A DNA stretch of 58,733 nucleotides, filler included, from Dugesia japonica (taxonomy: Eukaryota), in the NCBI GenBank assembly GCA_001938525.1. It is 5 parts of 5 records of this genome, joined end to end, with 100 filler letters (N's around TTAATTAATTAA, not from the genome) between each part and the next. Parts side by side here need not be neighbours in the genome. Positions count along the whole stretch, not along the records: positions 9,549 to 30,018 come from MQRL01497247.1; positions 30,119 to 38,654 come from MQRL01333746.1; positions 38,755 to 49,058 come from MQRL01358573.1; 2 more parts are not named here. One strand, given 5' to 3'. Below the pieces are notes generated by a model. That model was not told the origin of the DNA, did no database searches, and worked only from the letters and a program-made list of their open reading frames with translations. The first letter of the stretch is position 1; every line of letters starts with the position of its first letter. The position numbers and the translations under genes are program-made. Shown piece by piece: positions 25,757 through 38,847 of the stretch.

Positions 25757-26287
25757 ATTTTAAATTAATAAATTAAAATGAGTGAGAATTTCTTTGATGG
25801 GACCCGTTGAGATTTTATTTTAAAAAGTATTTTAAAAGAGGACTCAAAAAATACTCTTAAAGAAGAAATTAAACAAGAATTAAAAGAACCTCTTAAAGAG
25901 AAATTAAAAGAAGAATTTAAACAAAAATTTAAAGCAAGAATTTAAAAAAGAATCAGAAGAAAATAAATATTTGAAGAAATCACTTGCAGCTGTAAATTCA
26001 CCAGAATTATTTTGGAAGTGGATAATTATAAATAAGCCTAATGATAAAAAATATGAAACCATGACATCTGAAGAAATAGATGAAGAAGTTGTAGTATTAA
26101 TCAAATATTTAAAAAATTTCAATTTTACTAATACGGATCCATATAGTAAAGTATATTAAATTTAATAGTAAATAAAATAAATGATGAACGTATGGATAGT
26201 TATATAGATCAAAGTGAAATAAAAGAATTCTTTGATAAAAAAATAACTTCTGATTATGAAAATAAATTTTAATTTTTATTAGATAAA

Positions 26288-26560
26288 ATGTCTGAGTTAA
26301 TTAGTAAAAAGATGATTACCAAAACGATGATACTTAGTTTGTCCATATTCTTTTTTATTAATCGGAAAACAAACCTAGCAGTAATTGATTTGTTTACAAA
26401 CGAGGTATTTATAGAAAGTAAATCATTATTAACAAGTTCACTTGGAAAAATATTTAATACTTATAATAGAATTCCAAAAAATTTATGGGTTTTAAGAGGA
26501 AGTGTATTTTTGAAATCTTATTGTCAGGAAAATAATATTAATTTATTTTTTATTAAATAA
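26288..26560 (+). CDS. Miniature integrase-core paralog
   Basis: AVIDLFT..KIF..NRIPKNLW..FLKSYCQENNINLF parallels CIDLYS..IFEEKNRIPNYIW..FLKENDINLY of the upstream integrase. Confidence 0.6.
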   Translation: MSELISKKMITKTMILSLSIFFFINRKTNLAVIDLFTNEVFIESKSLLTSSLGKIFNTYNRIPKNLWVLRGSVFLKSYCQENNINLFFIK

Positions 26561-26562
26561 AA

Positions 26563-27330
26563 ATGTCTAAGTTGATTTGGAATAAAAACAAATACATATT
26601 TAATAATAAAATCTTTCCATATAATTTTAGATTATTAATAATTGGTTCTTCAGGATCAGGTAAAAATGTTTTGTTAATGAAAATGTTATTAACTCCAGAG
26701 TTTTTAGATTATGAAACTTTAATAATTTATTCTACAACTAAAAAATCAATTCGAATTACAATTACTCTATCAAGGTTTTGAAAACGGATTAACAAAAAAA
26801 GGTATTATTTTTATTTTTGAACATCAAAACATAGTTCCTGATTCTTTAATTACTCCTTTGCAAGTTATCCAATGATTTATAGAAAAAAGGTATTTAACCA
26901 ATAAACCAAGATTAATAAACGTAGTTTTAAGTAATAAACTAAATGAAATTATTCCTTGTGAAAATTATCTAAACAAAAAAAGAATTTAATAATTTTTGAT
27001 AATGTTGTAAATGTCAAAGATCAAGAAATACAAGTTATTTTACTAGAGGAAGACATGTAAATTGTAATGTGAATTATATTTCTCAAACTTATTTTAATTT
27101 AGATAAAAACTCTATTAGAAATAATTCCAATTGTTTCATCTTTTTCAACTTAAATAAAACAAATAAAGATAATGTTTATTATGATTTATTTAGTAATATA
27201 TTTTCTAGTAAAACGGAATATGATTATAATGTAAATTTACATTGAAAAACTAAGTATAATTATTACTATTTAGATAGAGAAGCTGGTGTATTAATAGAAG
27301 ACTTATTCGAAGAGGAGGTGAAAAGAGGAT
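26563..27330 (+). pseudogene. Polinton packaging ATPase (FtsK-HerA/A32-like)
   Basis: Walker A IIGSSGSGK, Walker B LIIFDN, FTRGRH, ISQTYF, SIRNN. Confidence 0.9.
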
Positions 27331-27431
27331 GATAGAGGTAAAGAGGTGAAAGAGGAATTGAAAGAGGAGAAAGAGGATTTAAATTTGTATACTAAACATA
27401 AATAAGAATATTTTTATTATTTTTTAAGAAA

Positions 27432-27912
27432 ATGTCTTCAGTATCAGAACAAGAATTAATGTAAATCGGTAAATATAAATGGTTAAAACTATTGGATTGC
27501 TACTAAAGTTAAAGAAAAAGTAAAAAAAATTAGGTAAATAACATGGAGGTGGTTTTGCTTTCCTTGCTGCAATACCAGCTATAATTTCTGGTTTAGCATC
27601 AATAGCTGGAAATGCGACTGGAATAACATCAACTGTTAGTAATTCTAGAGATGCAATTAAAAAATAAAAAGAAACTGAATTAGTTGAATTATAGAAAAAG
27701 GAAAAATTATTTCAAATAAAAAAATTGGAAAAAGAAGGTTTAGAAAATAAAACTGGAAGTGGATTATATTTAAAACCTTATCAAGGAAGCGCAATACATA
27801 AATATTTAAAAAACAGTTTATCAAACCTAGAGTTGAAGTTGATTACTAAAAACTTTAAAAAAAGGAGTACAAATAAAAACTAGTGGCGGTGGTTTATATT
27901 TAAAACCTTATA
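27432..27912 (+). pseudogene. Core/protein VII-like precursor
   Basis: HGGGFAFLAAIPAIISG and repeated GSGLYLKPY / GGGLYLKPY protease-site-like motifs. Confidence 0.65.
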
Positions 27913-27915
27913 AAA

Positions 27916-28690
27916 ATGGATAATAAGGAAATGTTGGCAAGAATAAAACTTTTAAAAGAATTAATTAAAGTACAAGATAATTTTAATAATTGATTAACTG
28001 GTAATCTAATTGAATCCCAAACTTTAACAGATACTTTAACCTTTGAACAACAACTTACTTTTAAAGCTATTGAAAAATTAAACACAAAACCTATACACCC
28101 TTTTGAAAATAGAATACCATTCTTTCCTAAAATTAATTTAAATGTTGATAATTTATCTAAAACAATTATACCCATATTTGAAATAGAAGTTATTAATAAT
28201 AAAAACTTTCAAAATATAATTTACCCACACAAAGAAATATATTTATTTGAAGAAGATGGAAAGAAATACTTTTTTTATCTAATGAAGAACTAATATCTTA
28301 TTCTGAAAAAGTAATGAATTTAATTTTAGGAAACGGAAGTAATGATCCTGAAGCAAAATATATTTATTTAAATAAATTAAATATTACATTTCCTCCTAAT
28401 TTTAAATATTATAAAGTTTTAACTGGGAAAAAACTACTAAAATATTTAAGCTTAAAAAAGAAACTCCTGTTAAAAAAGAAATCCAAGAGAATTTTATGAA
28501 AGGTGAAGGTTTAAATTTTATTTCAAACTCAGATCAGCTATCTTTATTTGAAAGATTAGCATTATTAATTTAGCAGTGAAAGCAGGTCATAATAATTTAC
28601 ACAAAGAAATTAAATCTATTTATAAAGAATTATTAAACCAAGAATTAATTACCAAAGAAAAATATAAAGTTTATAAAAGTAAAAATTTTA
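27916..28690 (+). pseudogene. Conserved Polinton/adintovirus protein with GEG and AGHN motifs
   Basis: KGEGLNF..LFERLALL..KAGHNNLHKEIKSIYKEL. Confidence 0.55.
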
Positions 28691-28700
28691 GTTAAATAAA

Positions 28701-29366
28701 ATGTCTCATCAATTTTTAGTTGTTGGTAAAGAATCTAATTTAGAAGTTGATTTAAGATTTACAATTTAATTAGATTCTGACAATGAAATGGGTTTATTAT
28801 ATTTTAGTTGTTATAATATAATTTTAAATGTTACTAGTAAAAATAATACTTTTATTTTAAATACAGAACAAAAATACATTGAGCCAGGTGCTTATGAAAT
28901 AAAAGAAATATCTAATAAATTAAAAGATCATGGAATAGAAGTTACACCAGATCTTTCAACAACAAAATGTAATTTAAGAACAAAACATACAATAAAATTT
29001 AATGTTAAATCTTTTTTTCACACAATCTTAGGTTTTTCACCTCAAAATAATTTAACAGGAAAATATTATTCAGAAAATAAAGTTGATATTTCAAACATTA
29101 ATGTGATAAATATAACTTGTAATTTAGTTAAAGGATATTATATTAACAACTTTCCAATGAATTTATTATCTTCTTTTCCTGTAAATACTGTTGGTTTTGG
29201 TTATAAAATTATAGAAAGACCTCCAATTCCTATTTATTCAAGATTAAACTCTAAATGTATTGATTCTATAAAATTTAATATTATAGATGAAAATAATAAT
29301 CCAATTGATTTTAATGGTGAAACTATTTCTTTATTAGTTCATATAAGAAAATGTATACAATCTTAG
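28701..29366 (+). pseudogene. Polinton minor capsid (penton), one 5' frameshift
   Basis: IEPGAYEIKEI, ILGF, VDI..INITCNLV, GYKIIERP, IDFNGETISLLVHIRK. Confidence 0.85.
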
Positions 29367-29575
29367 ATTTTCTATAAACATTTGGCATAAATACTAAAAC
29401 TAATTTTGATTTGTATTCCATTGCAGATTTTTTAAATTTAGAAATTGAGATTTAAATGTAAGATGAAATTGAGAACGAAATCTTGAAAAATAAAAATAAT
29501 TTTGGTGACATGCATGTCACGAAAAACAAAAAGTATATTATTAATTATCAAAATACAAATCAAAAAGGAAGCTCA
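29351..29575 (+). pseudogene. N-terminus of maturation (adenain-like) protease
   Basis: TNFDL..DEI..YIINYQNTNQKGS precedes the expected catalytic His; truncated. Confidence 0.55.
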
Positions 29576-29648
29576 CAAAAGAAATCACCAAAATCTTAGA
29601 AAAAATTACAAAACTAGCAAAAGAAATTAATAATTTATCTAGTAATTG

Positions 29649-30018
29649 TGTTGGGGTGAAACACCCATTAATTTATAAAGTAAATCAATGGAAGAAATAA
29701 AGCAAAAAGAAAAGCAATAATAAAAGGAAACGAAATGAAAATGAAGAAGGCGGGGAAGAATTGGAAGCTATTTATGATCGTTGATTAAGAAAATTTTAAT
29801 AATTAAAAGAAATAACCAGAAAAAAATAATAGAGAAATAATTAATTAATATGGGAAAATTAATTAATTTCAAACAAAAAAATTAATGAAATTAGATGAAA
29901 ATATGTTTTTTACAGATAAATCCGGTCCCGGACGTCAGAAAATGTCCAAACAAGAAAAATCGAGAAGAAAATAGTTAGGTGCAATAAGAACCCTAAAAAG
30001 AAAAAGCGTACCACCTTT
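29649..30018 (+). mobile_element. End of family B element (TGTTGGGGTGAAACACCC...) running into gap
   Basis: Inverse of ends at 3264, 38847, 50320; internal similarity to reverse complement of 49950-50320. Confidence 0.75.
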
Positions 30019-30118
30019 NNNNNNNNNNNNNNNNNNNNNNNNNNNNNNNNNNNNNNNNNNNNTTAATTAATTAANNNNNNNNNNNNNNNNNNNNNNNNNN
30101 NNNNNNNNNNNNNNNNNN

Positions 30119-30178
<60 letters not shown>

Positions 30179-30369
30179 GTTAATATTAATATATTAAAAA
30201 TTACCTTTTTCGTTGTTTTTTGTTATTTCTTTGGAAAACTGTGTTTCTACGGAATAAATAAATTAAAAATTAATATTGAAACTATTCAAAATCATTTCAG
30301 TAAATTATTGTCTTTTTAATAAAATAACACTGCGTTCCCGATACTACAAGATTATACTTTATTCATGCA

Positions 30370-30925
30370 TTAACACCACAAATACATAATATATAAACAC
30401 AAGATAATATTTTCAAGAAGTATATAGACAAAAATACGGAGCTAAGATCGAAAAGTACATGAGACCTAGATAGAAATTATTATAAGCTTTTAAACAAAAG
30501 TCTATATAGATAAAAAAATAGAAAATCTAATGAAACGGATAAATCGCAGACTATGCAATGCAGCCAAAAAGCTTATTACATACGCTATGTAGCCAATGTT
30601 TAATAATACAGTTAAAATAGACCAGTATTTAATTGTGGTATTGCTGAATAAAGATACATTTTGTCTCAATCGTCCTAGATATATTGGTCAAACAGTCTTG
30701 GACTTGAGTAAGCTAAGAATGTATCAGCTCTAATTCATCGATCTTGAGAAATATAGGAGAAATCAAAAATGTTTCATAAATATAGTGCAGAAGATACAGA
30801 CAGTTTTTTCGTGGAAGTGAAAAATATAAGATTGGAAAGATTGATAAAACTGATAGTTCAGAATGAGTTGTTAGACACTACAAATTATAATTCAGACCAT
30901 CCGCTTTATAATGACAAGTATATTA
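30370..30925 (+). pseudogene. Polinton pPolB fragment related to 17340-17850
   Basis: IFKKYIDKNTELRS, YYKLLNKSLY, YIGQTVLDLSKLRMYQL, DTDSFF. Confidence 0.85.
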
Positions 30926-31139
30926 GTAAACGAACGCAAACTGGAACTCACACAAAACCCTCTTCACACAGAATTAGAAAATGAAGTCACGGGACAGTGT
31001 TTCGTGACCTTTTGTTCAATCTTGAAAAGAAAGAAAAGAAGAAGAGATTTTGTTGTGCATGCCCATAAATAAAATAAATATTTAAAATCATATTTTGATT
31101 ATTATTATTAATTAATTAATTAATTGCATTAAAATCTGA

Positions 31140-32400
31140 AATATGTCTTCTTTAAAAGCATAGTTTGTAATAAATGTAAGCTTTTCAAATTTCCAAAATT
31201 TGTTATTCGTATATACAAGTCGAATATTTAGTAATTTCTTAAACTTACAAAGAAAAACGTGACATAACGTTTATATCTTCAATCTAGACCAATACAAATC
31301 ATTAAACCCAATACATGCATTATTCCAATGCAATAAATAAACCGAGTGCATGCATTAAATATATTGAACCTAAACATTTAATATGATACAGTAAACCAAT
31401 AGATATAGTAAAATCAGTGTGATATAGTAGGACCAAATTACACTATATGTTAATATAGAACCTTACTTACTTTACCTAAATCTATTCAATTCACTTAAAA
31501 TATACAATTACATATTCATTCATTTCAAAGTTACCCCCAATAAATTCAATTTATATATACCTTTTCAATAAATGTTTAGATCAAACACTTAAAAGAAATT
31601 ACAAGATTTATTATCTAAGATTTATTAAAGCATATACATTATCATCAACTTCTTTAATCTATTACATGTATATTTCTAATACCTAAATAGTCTAAATTGT
31701 ATTTATATAACAGAAATGTTTAAATTCATTAAGAATTTCTGAAATTATTACCAAATCCAAGTAATTACATTAAAATGTATAGACCCATGATTAATATATG
31801 GACTAATTTTATTAGGAAATGTCAAATTTCCATTAATTTCCTTACTTTCTCTAAGTTTTATAAATTTCACAGAGTTTAACAAGGGATACAAAAAGCTAGT
31901 AAATAGAGTAAACAAGTGGATAGAGTAGAAAAACGGTACAGAAAACCGATCTGATACAGTAAAGCCTACTTGCTACAGTAAAATTAATGAATACATCTAA
32001 ATATGTGATACACTAAATACAATGAGTTTCCAAAAAACCATTGTAACACATTAAAGCCCATGTGCTACAGTAATGACCAGGTGTTACAGTAAATACAATG
32101 CATTTCAATAAAATCAATGTTACACAGTAAACAATTAGACAAAGTAAAGCAGTAAAGTGTTTCAATAAAGCTAATGAATAGAGTAAGCCAGTGTAACACA
32201 GCAAGCCCGGGTATTTCAGCAAAGCATATGTGTTTCAATAAAACCAATTTTACACAGTAAAGTCCCTGTGTTTCAGCAAACCAATTAATATAGTATGTAA
32301 ATGAACACCAAACATTACATGACATGAAGTATTTTTTCACAATGTATGATCTAATTAGCAGATATTTTAATTTATTACAATAATTTAATTTAGTTTTAGA
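31140..32400 (+). repeat. Non-coding dispersed repeat with internal ~19-20-bp arrays; second copy about 56270-58060
   Basis: Shared blocks TTTTCAAATTTCCAAAATTTGTTATTCGTATATACAAGT and CATTAAAATGTATAGACCC in the same order. Confidence 0.75.
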
Positions 32401-34849
32401 CTATTAATTTAATCTAACTTAATTATGCTCAGCAAAATTTGTACTATTAAGAAAAATTATGTGTAATTAATAAGTGTTGTAATTTAAATTTGTATGCTTT
32501 TATTATTGTCGACAAATTAATTTTGTATATTTTATAAATTTTTGAAAAATTTAAATTTTACACGTGTTACCAATAGCAATATTTTAAGTTTTAATTTCTT
32601 ATCAATGCAATTTAATTATTATTTTTCAGTATTTAGTTTTTCAATGGAAATAGTTTGTAAAAATTTAGCAGAAATATTAAACATGCATTATAATTGGGAT
32701 CTATTTATGTCATCGTTGACAGAGATCTCAAGCAATGAGAAATTATTGAATCGGTATAAGTTAGAAAAGAAGTTCCAAGATTGGCTCCATACATTAAAAA
32801 AATGAAACTCCTTGATAGTTGAGTTGTCATGAAGAAAGGTGAATGTAAAGATAATCTCAGTTACAATATAAAATAACTAGAAAATATGAGATTTTTAATG
32901 AAAAATCTCGTAATGTTCTTCAATTTTCACCCGCCATTTGCAGCAATCAAATTTTATAAAGATGAGAAGAAAATAATTAAAAACAGATTGAACTTGGACT
33001 GTAGATATCAAACAAACATCAAAGTACAAGCTCTATCTATTTCGTTGGGAAACAACGCCAATGTAAAATAGAAAGAAATAAAATAATGATAATTATTTTT
33101 ATTTAATAAAAAATTAATAATTTTAGATTAGATCATTTCTTTCAAGAGAAAAGCTTATGGATTCACCAAGTTTTATTTTTATGAAAACATTTTTTATGCT
33201 ATTTTCTTTTATTTGATGTTAATTTCAATATCTAATTATGTTATTAGAAAAATACTATTAAAAGAAATTGGTTTTTTTAATTATTTTAATCATATTTAAA
33301 AAAAGAAGAATAATATTACTTCGATTATTTGGTAGACTTAATTGAATTTCACCTACAGAATCATTTTTATCAATGCTTTCAATCATTTGTTCTATTACTG
33401 AATCTAAATTTTCTGCAACTGTATAACCTTTATTAAAAAAAACCGTTAGTCATCAACGCCAATATTTAGCTAGACACAGATCTGAAAAATGGTAAATAAT
33501 TCAAAGTCAACTGTTGTCAATTTAATACATGATAATTCATAAATCTATAAATTAAATCACTACAGAAAATCATGACTTATTATCATTGAAAAATCATTAC
33601 TAAAAATTCATGAAGTTAAATCATTAAAGAAAAACATTAATGTTTATATAAACTTTATTACAATCTAATTTAAATGGAAATAAATCCTTACTTATTATTA
33701 AAGTTCATAATAATGATCATAATTCGTAATAAGTTACCATATTCCCAATAAATTTAATAATATAATTAAAAATTCATAACGTATACAATTTTTTATCTGA
33801 ACATCAATTTAATAAATTAAAAGAAATATTTAATTTTAAAAATTGTTAACTTAAAAAAAATCATTACAAAAATTATTAAAATTAAAGATATTCATTACCG
33901 TATAATTTAAATAAAAAATATCCTTACATGGTTTATCAAATTTTATAATTAAATTGATCTAAAAAAGCTTTCATAATAAATACTCATATAATATATATAA
34001 TAACTGATTTTAGAACAAAACACAGATAATAATTCAGTGTCTAAACCACTGTATTATTATCAAATAAAATTTAATGAACCAGAGAGTAAACAAATAATAA
34101 TCGAAGCGAATTTATATTTGTTCAAAAACTAACTAAAATATGACCTTTTAATTTAACTGCTAATAATTAGCTTTGTAAATTTCAATATTGCTAGTTAGCC
34201 GTACTCATAATGTAGCTTTAAAATTTTTGTCTAAAAACCACTGATTTGCAATCAGTATTTATACCAAATTTGTGTTTACAATTAATTTAACAGATTTCTT
34301 GATTAAACAAAACGTTTAGAAGTAATTTTAATTTCTATTTACCTAATTTAGAAATTGGAACTAAAATAAATAATGTTAAATAAATAAAAATTTTAGTTAC
34401 TATTTTTAATAATTGATTTTAAGAAAAGAAAACTATTTAATAACCTTGAGTAATGAATTGTAAAATTAAAACAATTTGAAATTTTAATAAACTAAATAAA
34501 AATTTCATGAATGAATTTATAAACTAAATAAATTAATGTAAGCTTAGCTTACAACCTTAACACATAATATATTTCCCCAAATAATCTAAACTAAATTAAT
34601 AGTATATCAAGTTAAATAAAAAACTTTACTTGATATTATTAAAATGACGGAATAACGATGAAATAATATGAAAATATTTCATTTCAGCCATATTTAATTA
34701 ATATGTGAAAACCAAATAATTTAATAATAAATAATTGCTTGACGTATTTCAATTAATATTATTTAACACAAATCAATTTTAAATAACATTAATTATAATT
34801 TTAAAATGCATTAATTCTAGCTGATCAATTTTAAGATAATAAATTTTAA

Positions 34850-35090
34850 ATTCTATGAGTTTAAGATGTTAAATTCTAATTTATATGAATTTTAAGCTGA
34901 TAAAATTTATTCATAATAAATTTAAACTGATAAATTTTGATTCATTTTGATTTAAAACTGATAAATTTTAATTTTTATTACTTTTAAAATGTTAAATTTT
35001 TATTCTTATAAATTTTAAGCTGCTAAAGTTTGATTCTTATTACATTTTAACTGATAAATTCTTATCTTAAAATATTATGAATTTTAAGGT
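34850..35090. repeat. Degenerate ~29-30-bp tandem array (TTTAAGCTGATAAATTT)
   Basis: Direct inspection. Confidence 0.65.
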
Positions 35091-36129
35091 TTATGATGAA
35101 ATTCGTATGACGACTTCTATACTTTCTATGTAGTTGTCTCTTATTTTCTATGATGACTCGTGTATCTACTATGATGCTACCTGTATATTATATGATGAAG
35201 TGTCTGTTTTATGTTGAAACTGTAATTGTCCATGACAAAGTGATTATTTTACATGTTGTAGTATTTATTTTCAATAATGAATCCTATATTTGACATGTTG
35301 ACTTGGAAATTTAATGCATTGTTTTAGAATTTTGTGTGATGAAATCAAATCTAAACTAACTACTTTTTATGATACCCCTAATAATACTAGGGAAATTTAC
35401 AGATTATGTTTGCTAATACGTATAATAACAATTATTATAAATGCCAGTAATCATAACCATAATGTTTTTTTGCATTATATGTGAGGCTGATTCCAATTTT
35501 TTATCAATGTTCGAACCAGAGTTAATTTTCATATTACGTTTTATAATTAATTTAACTTTCATTCTTTTCTTGCTAATAATAATTTGGTTTAATTTTAGGC
35601 CACTTATTCCATTTTCATTCGTTACATATTATCCCATCTCTGTGATTTCTCACTTTTTCGTTACAGCCTAAAAAATTAATTGATTAAATTTAAAAATTGT
35701 ATTGAATGATATAATTTTATGTATTAAGAGACTTAAATAAGTTGATTGAATGAAATAAGTGAAATAAACTGATTGACTGTTTAGAAAGGCCGGGAAATTA
35801 GGAGAGTGAATTAAATGAGTATATTTAGCAGTTAAAATCAATAATTTATTTTAAGTGAACAATTGTATAAATGAATTATATTATGTAATCAGCCGATTCA
35901 AACAATGCGATATATTACGTAATAAATTATATGACATTGCTACTTTATGTGATATGATAAATAATAAGTCATTATCAGTTTATATGTTAAATTAAACTCT
36001 TTTTTGGGGAAATATTATCATAAAAAAAATTTATTTATTTAAAGAAAAATAAAACCCTGAAAATGTTTTCCAATTAAATAGTTTATTATCAGAAAATATA
36101 AAATAAAATTAGGAAAAAAATATTTTCTT

Positions 36130-37214
36130 CAATCAAAATCACTAAATAATAAATATTTCTCAATGAATTCATGTTTCATTAATTGATCTATTGTTGCTCT
36201 CTCTTTTGGATCTTCTTTCACACAACAATCAATAAAATTGACTAAATCTGGTGGTTTGTTTGTTCTATCATATTTAATTGTGTGAAACGTTTTGATTTCT
36301 GCCATGTCGTCACATTCAAATAATCCAGGAAATAGTTGAGCACCTTTAATTAATTAATAAAAATAAATCATAGTCAGTATAATATTCACCTGTGATAATA
36401 TCTATCATAATAACACCGAGTGACCACACATCAATACTCGCTTCATGAGGTTTACTATCCAATATTTCTGGTGCAACAAATGTCAATATACCATCTCTTT
36501 GTTTGAATTTATTGGGTTTATCATCATTAAGATGATCCAAATATTTATTCATATTGAAACTTGGTAATTTCACATCATATGTTAATATTTCATTAGTTGA
36601 CAAGAACATTCTCATTAGTATCTTAATTATTAGAAATTATAATTTCTCATACATGATGAAACCTTTGTTGAATTCTCTAACCCGATATAGATCCACTAAC
36701 AATCCATATAAATACCAAATATTTGTATAAATCTTGGGTGAGAATTTTGTTGTTTAAAACATTTGGAAATCTTCCTTCAAAATCATCAATAAATCGTTAT
36801 CATGTGCAGTTTCCTTTAAGCCTTGGCTATATTGGCTTATCAATATTGGCCTATCAAAGATTTTACTTTTTGCTTTGTATACATTAATAGGACCAAAACT
36901 CTTTATTGTTGAAATAACTTCAATTTTATCCAAACTAATTTTGTTTATAATTTATATTTAATCATAATAAATTCACATCGTGTGAAATAACAAAATTCCA
37001 CCAATGATTTACTATCAGTATTATATTCATAAATGGATTTATCATTTTGTAATAATTTCTTATTGAGAAATACAGCATAATGATTGGTTGCCATTTTATG
37101 TTGTATTTTCTGAATAGATTTCTTTATAATGTCTGATACANNTTCAAATTTTGAGANTTCAATTGATATTGTTTCTTTATCACTGAAAATTGATTTCATC
37201 GTAATATTTTGCAT
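36130..37214 (-). pseudogene. Ubiquitin-like domain + degenerate protein kinase, with short introns
   Basis: GILTFVAPEIL, IDVWSLGVI, CCVKKDPKERATIDQLMKHEF; N-terminal Ubl (FLNKKLLQNDKSIYEY); stops in the N-lobe. Confidence 0.75.
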
Positions 37215-37865
37215 TTCTCTATTTTATAAAGATAAAATATAATTATTTTGATTGACGTTTAATTATATTTATATTATTAGAACGTAATTAGATTGCAAAT
37301 AGATTACATCTTCTTTACGTATTTTATATAATAAATGTATAAATATAATATAATATAAATAACTATAAATGTCTAAATATTTATGTAATATTCAATAAAG
37401 TTATCGATACCTCTATAAAAACACTATAAAACCATGTATACTCTTTAAAACGTTGAATAAAACTTACATATAATATCCACATTAAACCTCTATAAATCAC
37501 TCAAAATTTATTTAAATCACTAAACGTCCTTAAAACCCGTATAATGAATCTGGCAACAAAGAAACGAATACCTGAAAGACATTTTCATATACAAAATGAA
37601 AACAAGTAGAAGGGCAAGTTTATTATGACAACACGGAAATGATTTTTTTGGGCTGCACTCTTACGGCTTCTAAGTTTGTTGGGTAAAGTGCCTGCAACAA
37701 GTGCAGTTGGTGCTGCTACAGGATATACTACAAAGAAAAATATTTATTATGTAAAATTAATTTAAATTCTTTTTGATAATGCAAAATAAATGGGTGTTGC
37801 ACCTTTTTCCCCTAATATTCCAGACATTTCACTAAGTATTCGTTGATGTATTTTGCGCGACCACG

Positions 37866-38045
37866 TTGATGGAACAACTATGGTGCAATTTAAAGGAGCC
37901 AGTTGGATACACAGGTATTTCAAAGCTTTCAAATGTCGAAAATGTTTCGTTAAAAGAGACAAAGAAATGGTTTGGTAATCACTTTGCGTATAGTTTGAAT
38001 AGACCAATGCGAAAACGGTTTCCAATACGGACATATATTGTTTTA
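37866..38045 (+). pseudogene. Polinton integrase N-terminal fragment
   Basis: PVGYTGISKL..KKWF..AYSLNRPMRKRF. Confidence 0.7.
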
Positions 38046-38340
38046 ACATGCTTTTATTTTTTAATGACTATGTAATGAAAATGGATAATGAAAAACAATT
38101 ACGCAATGATAATGTACTAGTAACATAATATTGATTGTGTTATTGGGAAGCGGTTACAAAATGATTAAGCAACGATTACGTTCTTGCTAAATGGCTAATA
38201 AATAACTATTACTTAACGTGTCAGACTTCGCATAACCCCGGTGTAAGTAAAGGAAAATTTGCTTGATATTTTGAAAATATCAAAACATAAAAAGAATAAA
38301 AATATTATCAAATTGCATACAAATAAATTTAATTATTTAC

Positions 38341-38565
38341 CGAAATTTGTGCACACATTTTAACCAATCGTTGTCCTCTATTTTGCAATCATCAATTTTT
38401 ATATTATCATATAATTCTTTAGATTTGTAGAAAATCAATAAATCTTCATGATTAGTTTTATTCAATTCAGAAATGATAACTTTTAAATCTTTGATTTGTT
38501 GATCTTTCCAAATTTGCAACATTTCAAGGTAAATATTGTGACATTTTAATTTTATCACAATCATT
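38341..38565 (-). CDS. Exon encoding a ubiquitin-like domain
   Basis: IKDLKVIISE..LLIFYKSKELYDNIKIDDCKIEDND fits the Ubl pattern; ends at a GTAAAT donor. Confidence 0.55.
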
Positions 38566-38754
38566 GTACTATTAAAACAAAATAATAATAATAATGACAA
38601 ATTTTTTGAAATATTACTTGACATCAACATTATTATCAAATTCACAGAAAATTGNNNNNNNNNNNNNNNNNNNNNNNNNNNNNNNNNNNNNNNNNNNNTT
38701 AATTAATTAANNNNNNNNNNNNNNNNNNNNNNNNNNNNNNNNNNNNNNNNNNNN

Positions 38755-38847
38755 GAATTCTTCATTTTCTTTTCTTATGTAGATTTTTCGAATTTTGTGT
38801 TTACTTACGCCATTTTATTTGCCTTAATTCGGTGTTTCATCCCAACA
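38755..38847. mobile_element. Family B-like terminus (...GGTGTTTCATCCCAACA)
   Basis: Terminal motif; pPolB sequence follows directly. Confidence 0.65.

Larger units (their letters stand above)
24721..29575 (+). mobile_element. Decayed Polinton/adintovirus-like element 2 core block
   Basis: PLA2-integrase, ATPase, core proteins, penton and protease start, all co-oriented and tightly packed. Confidence 0.9.

Noticed and set aside
32640-35670. Scattered exon-like pieces (32640-33170 plus; 33355-33430 and 35400-35668 minus)
   Set aside because: Too short or degenerate to link into a gene or name
29649-38847. A single 9.2-kb family B element capturing host genes
   Set aside because: Spans two artificial spacers, flanks ATTG/GAAG are not a TSD, and similarity between the ends fades after about 17 bp
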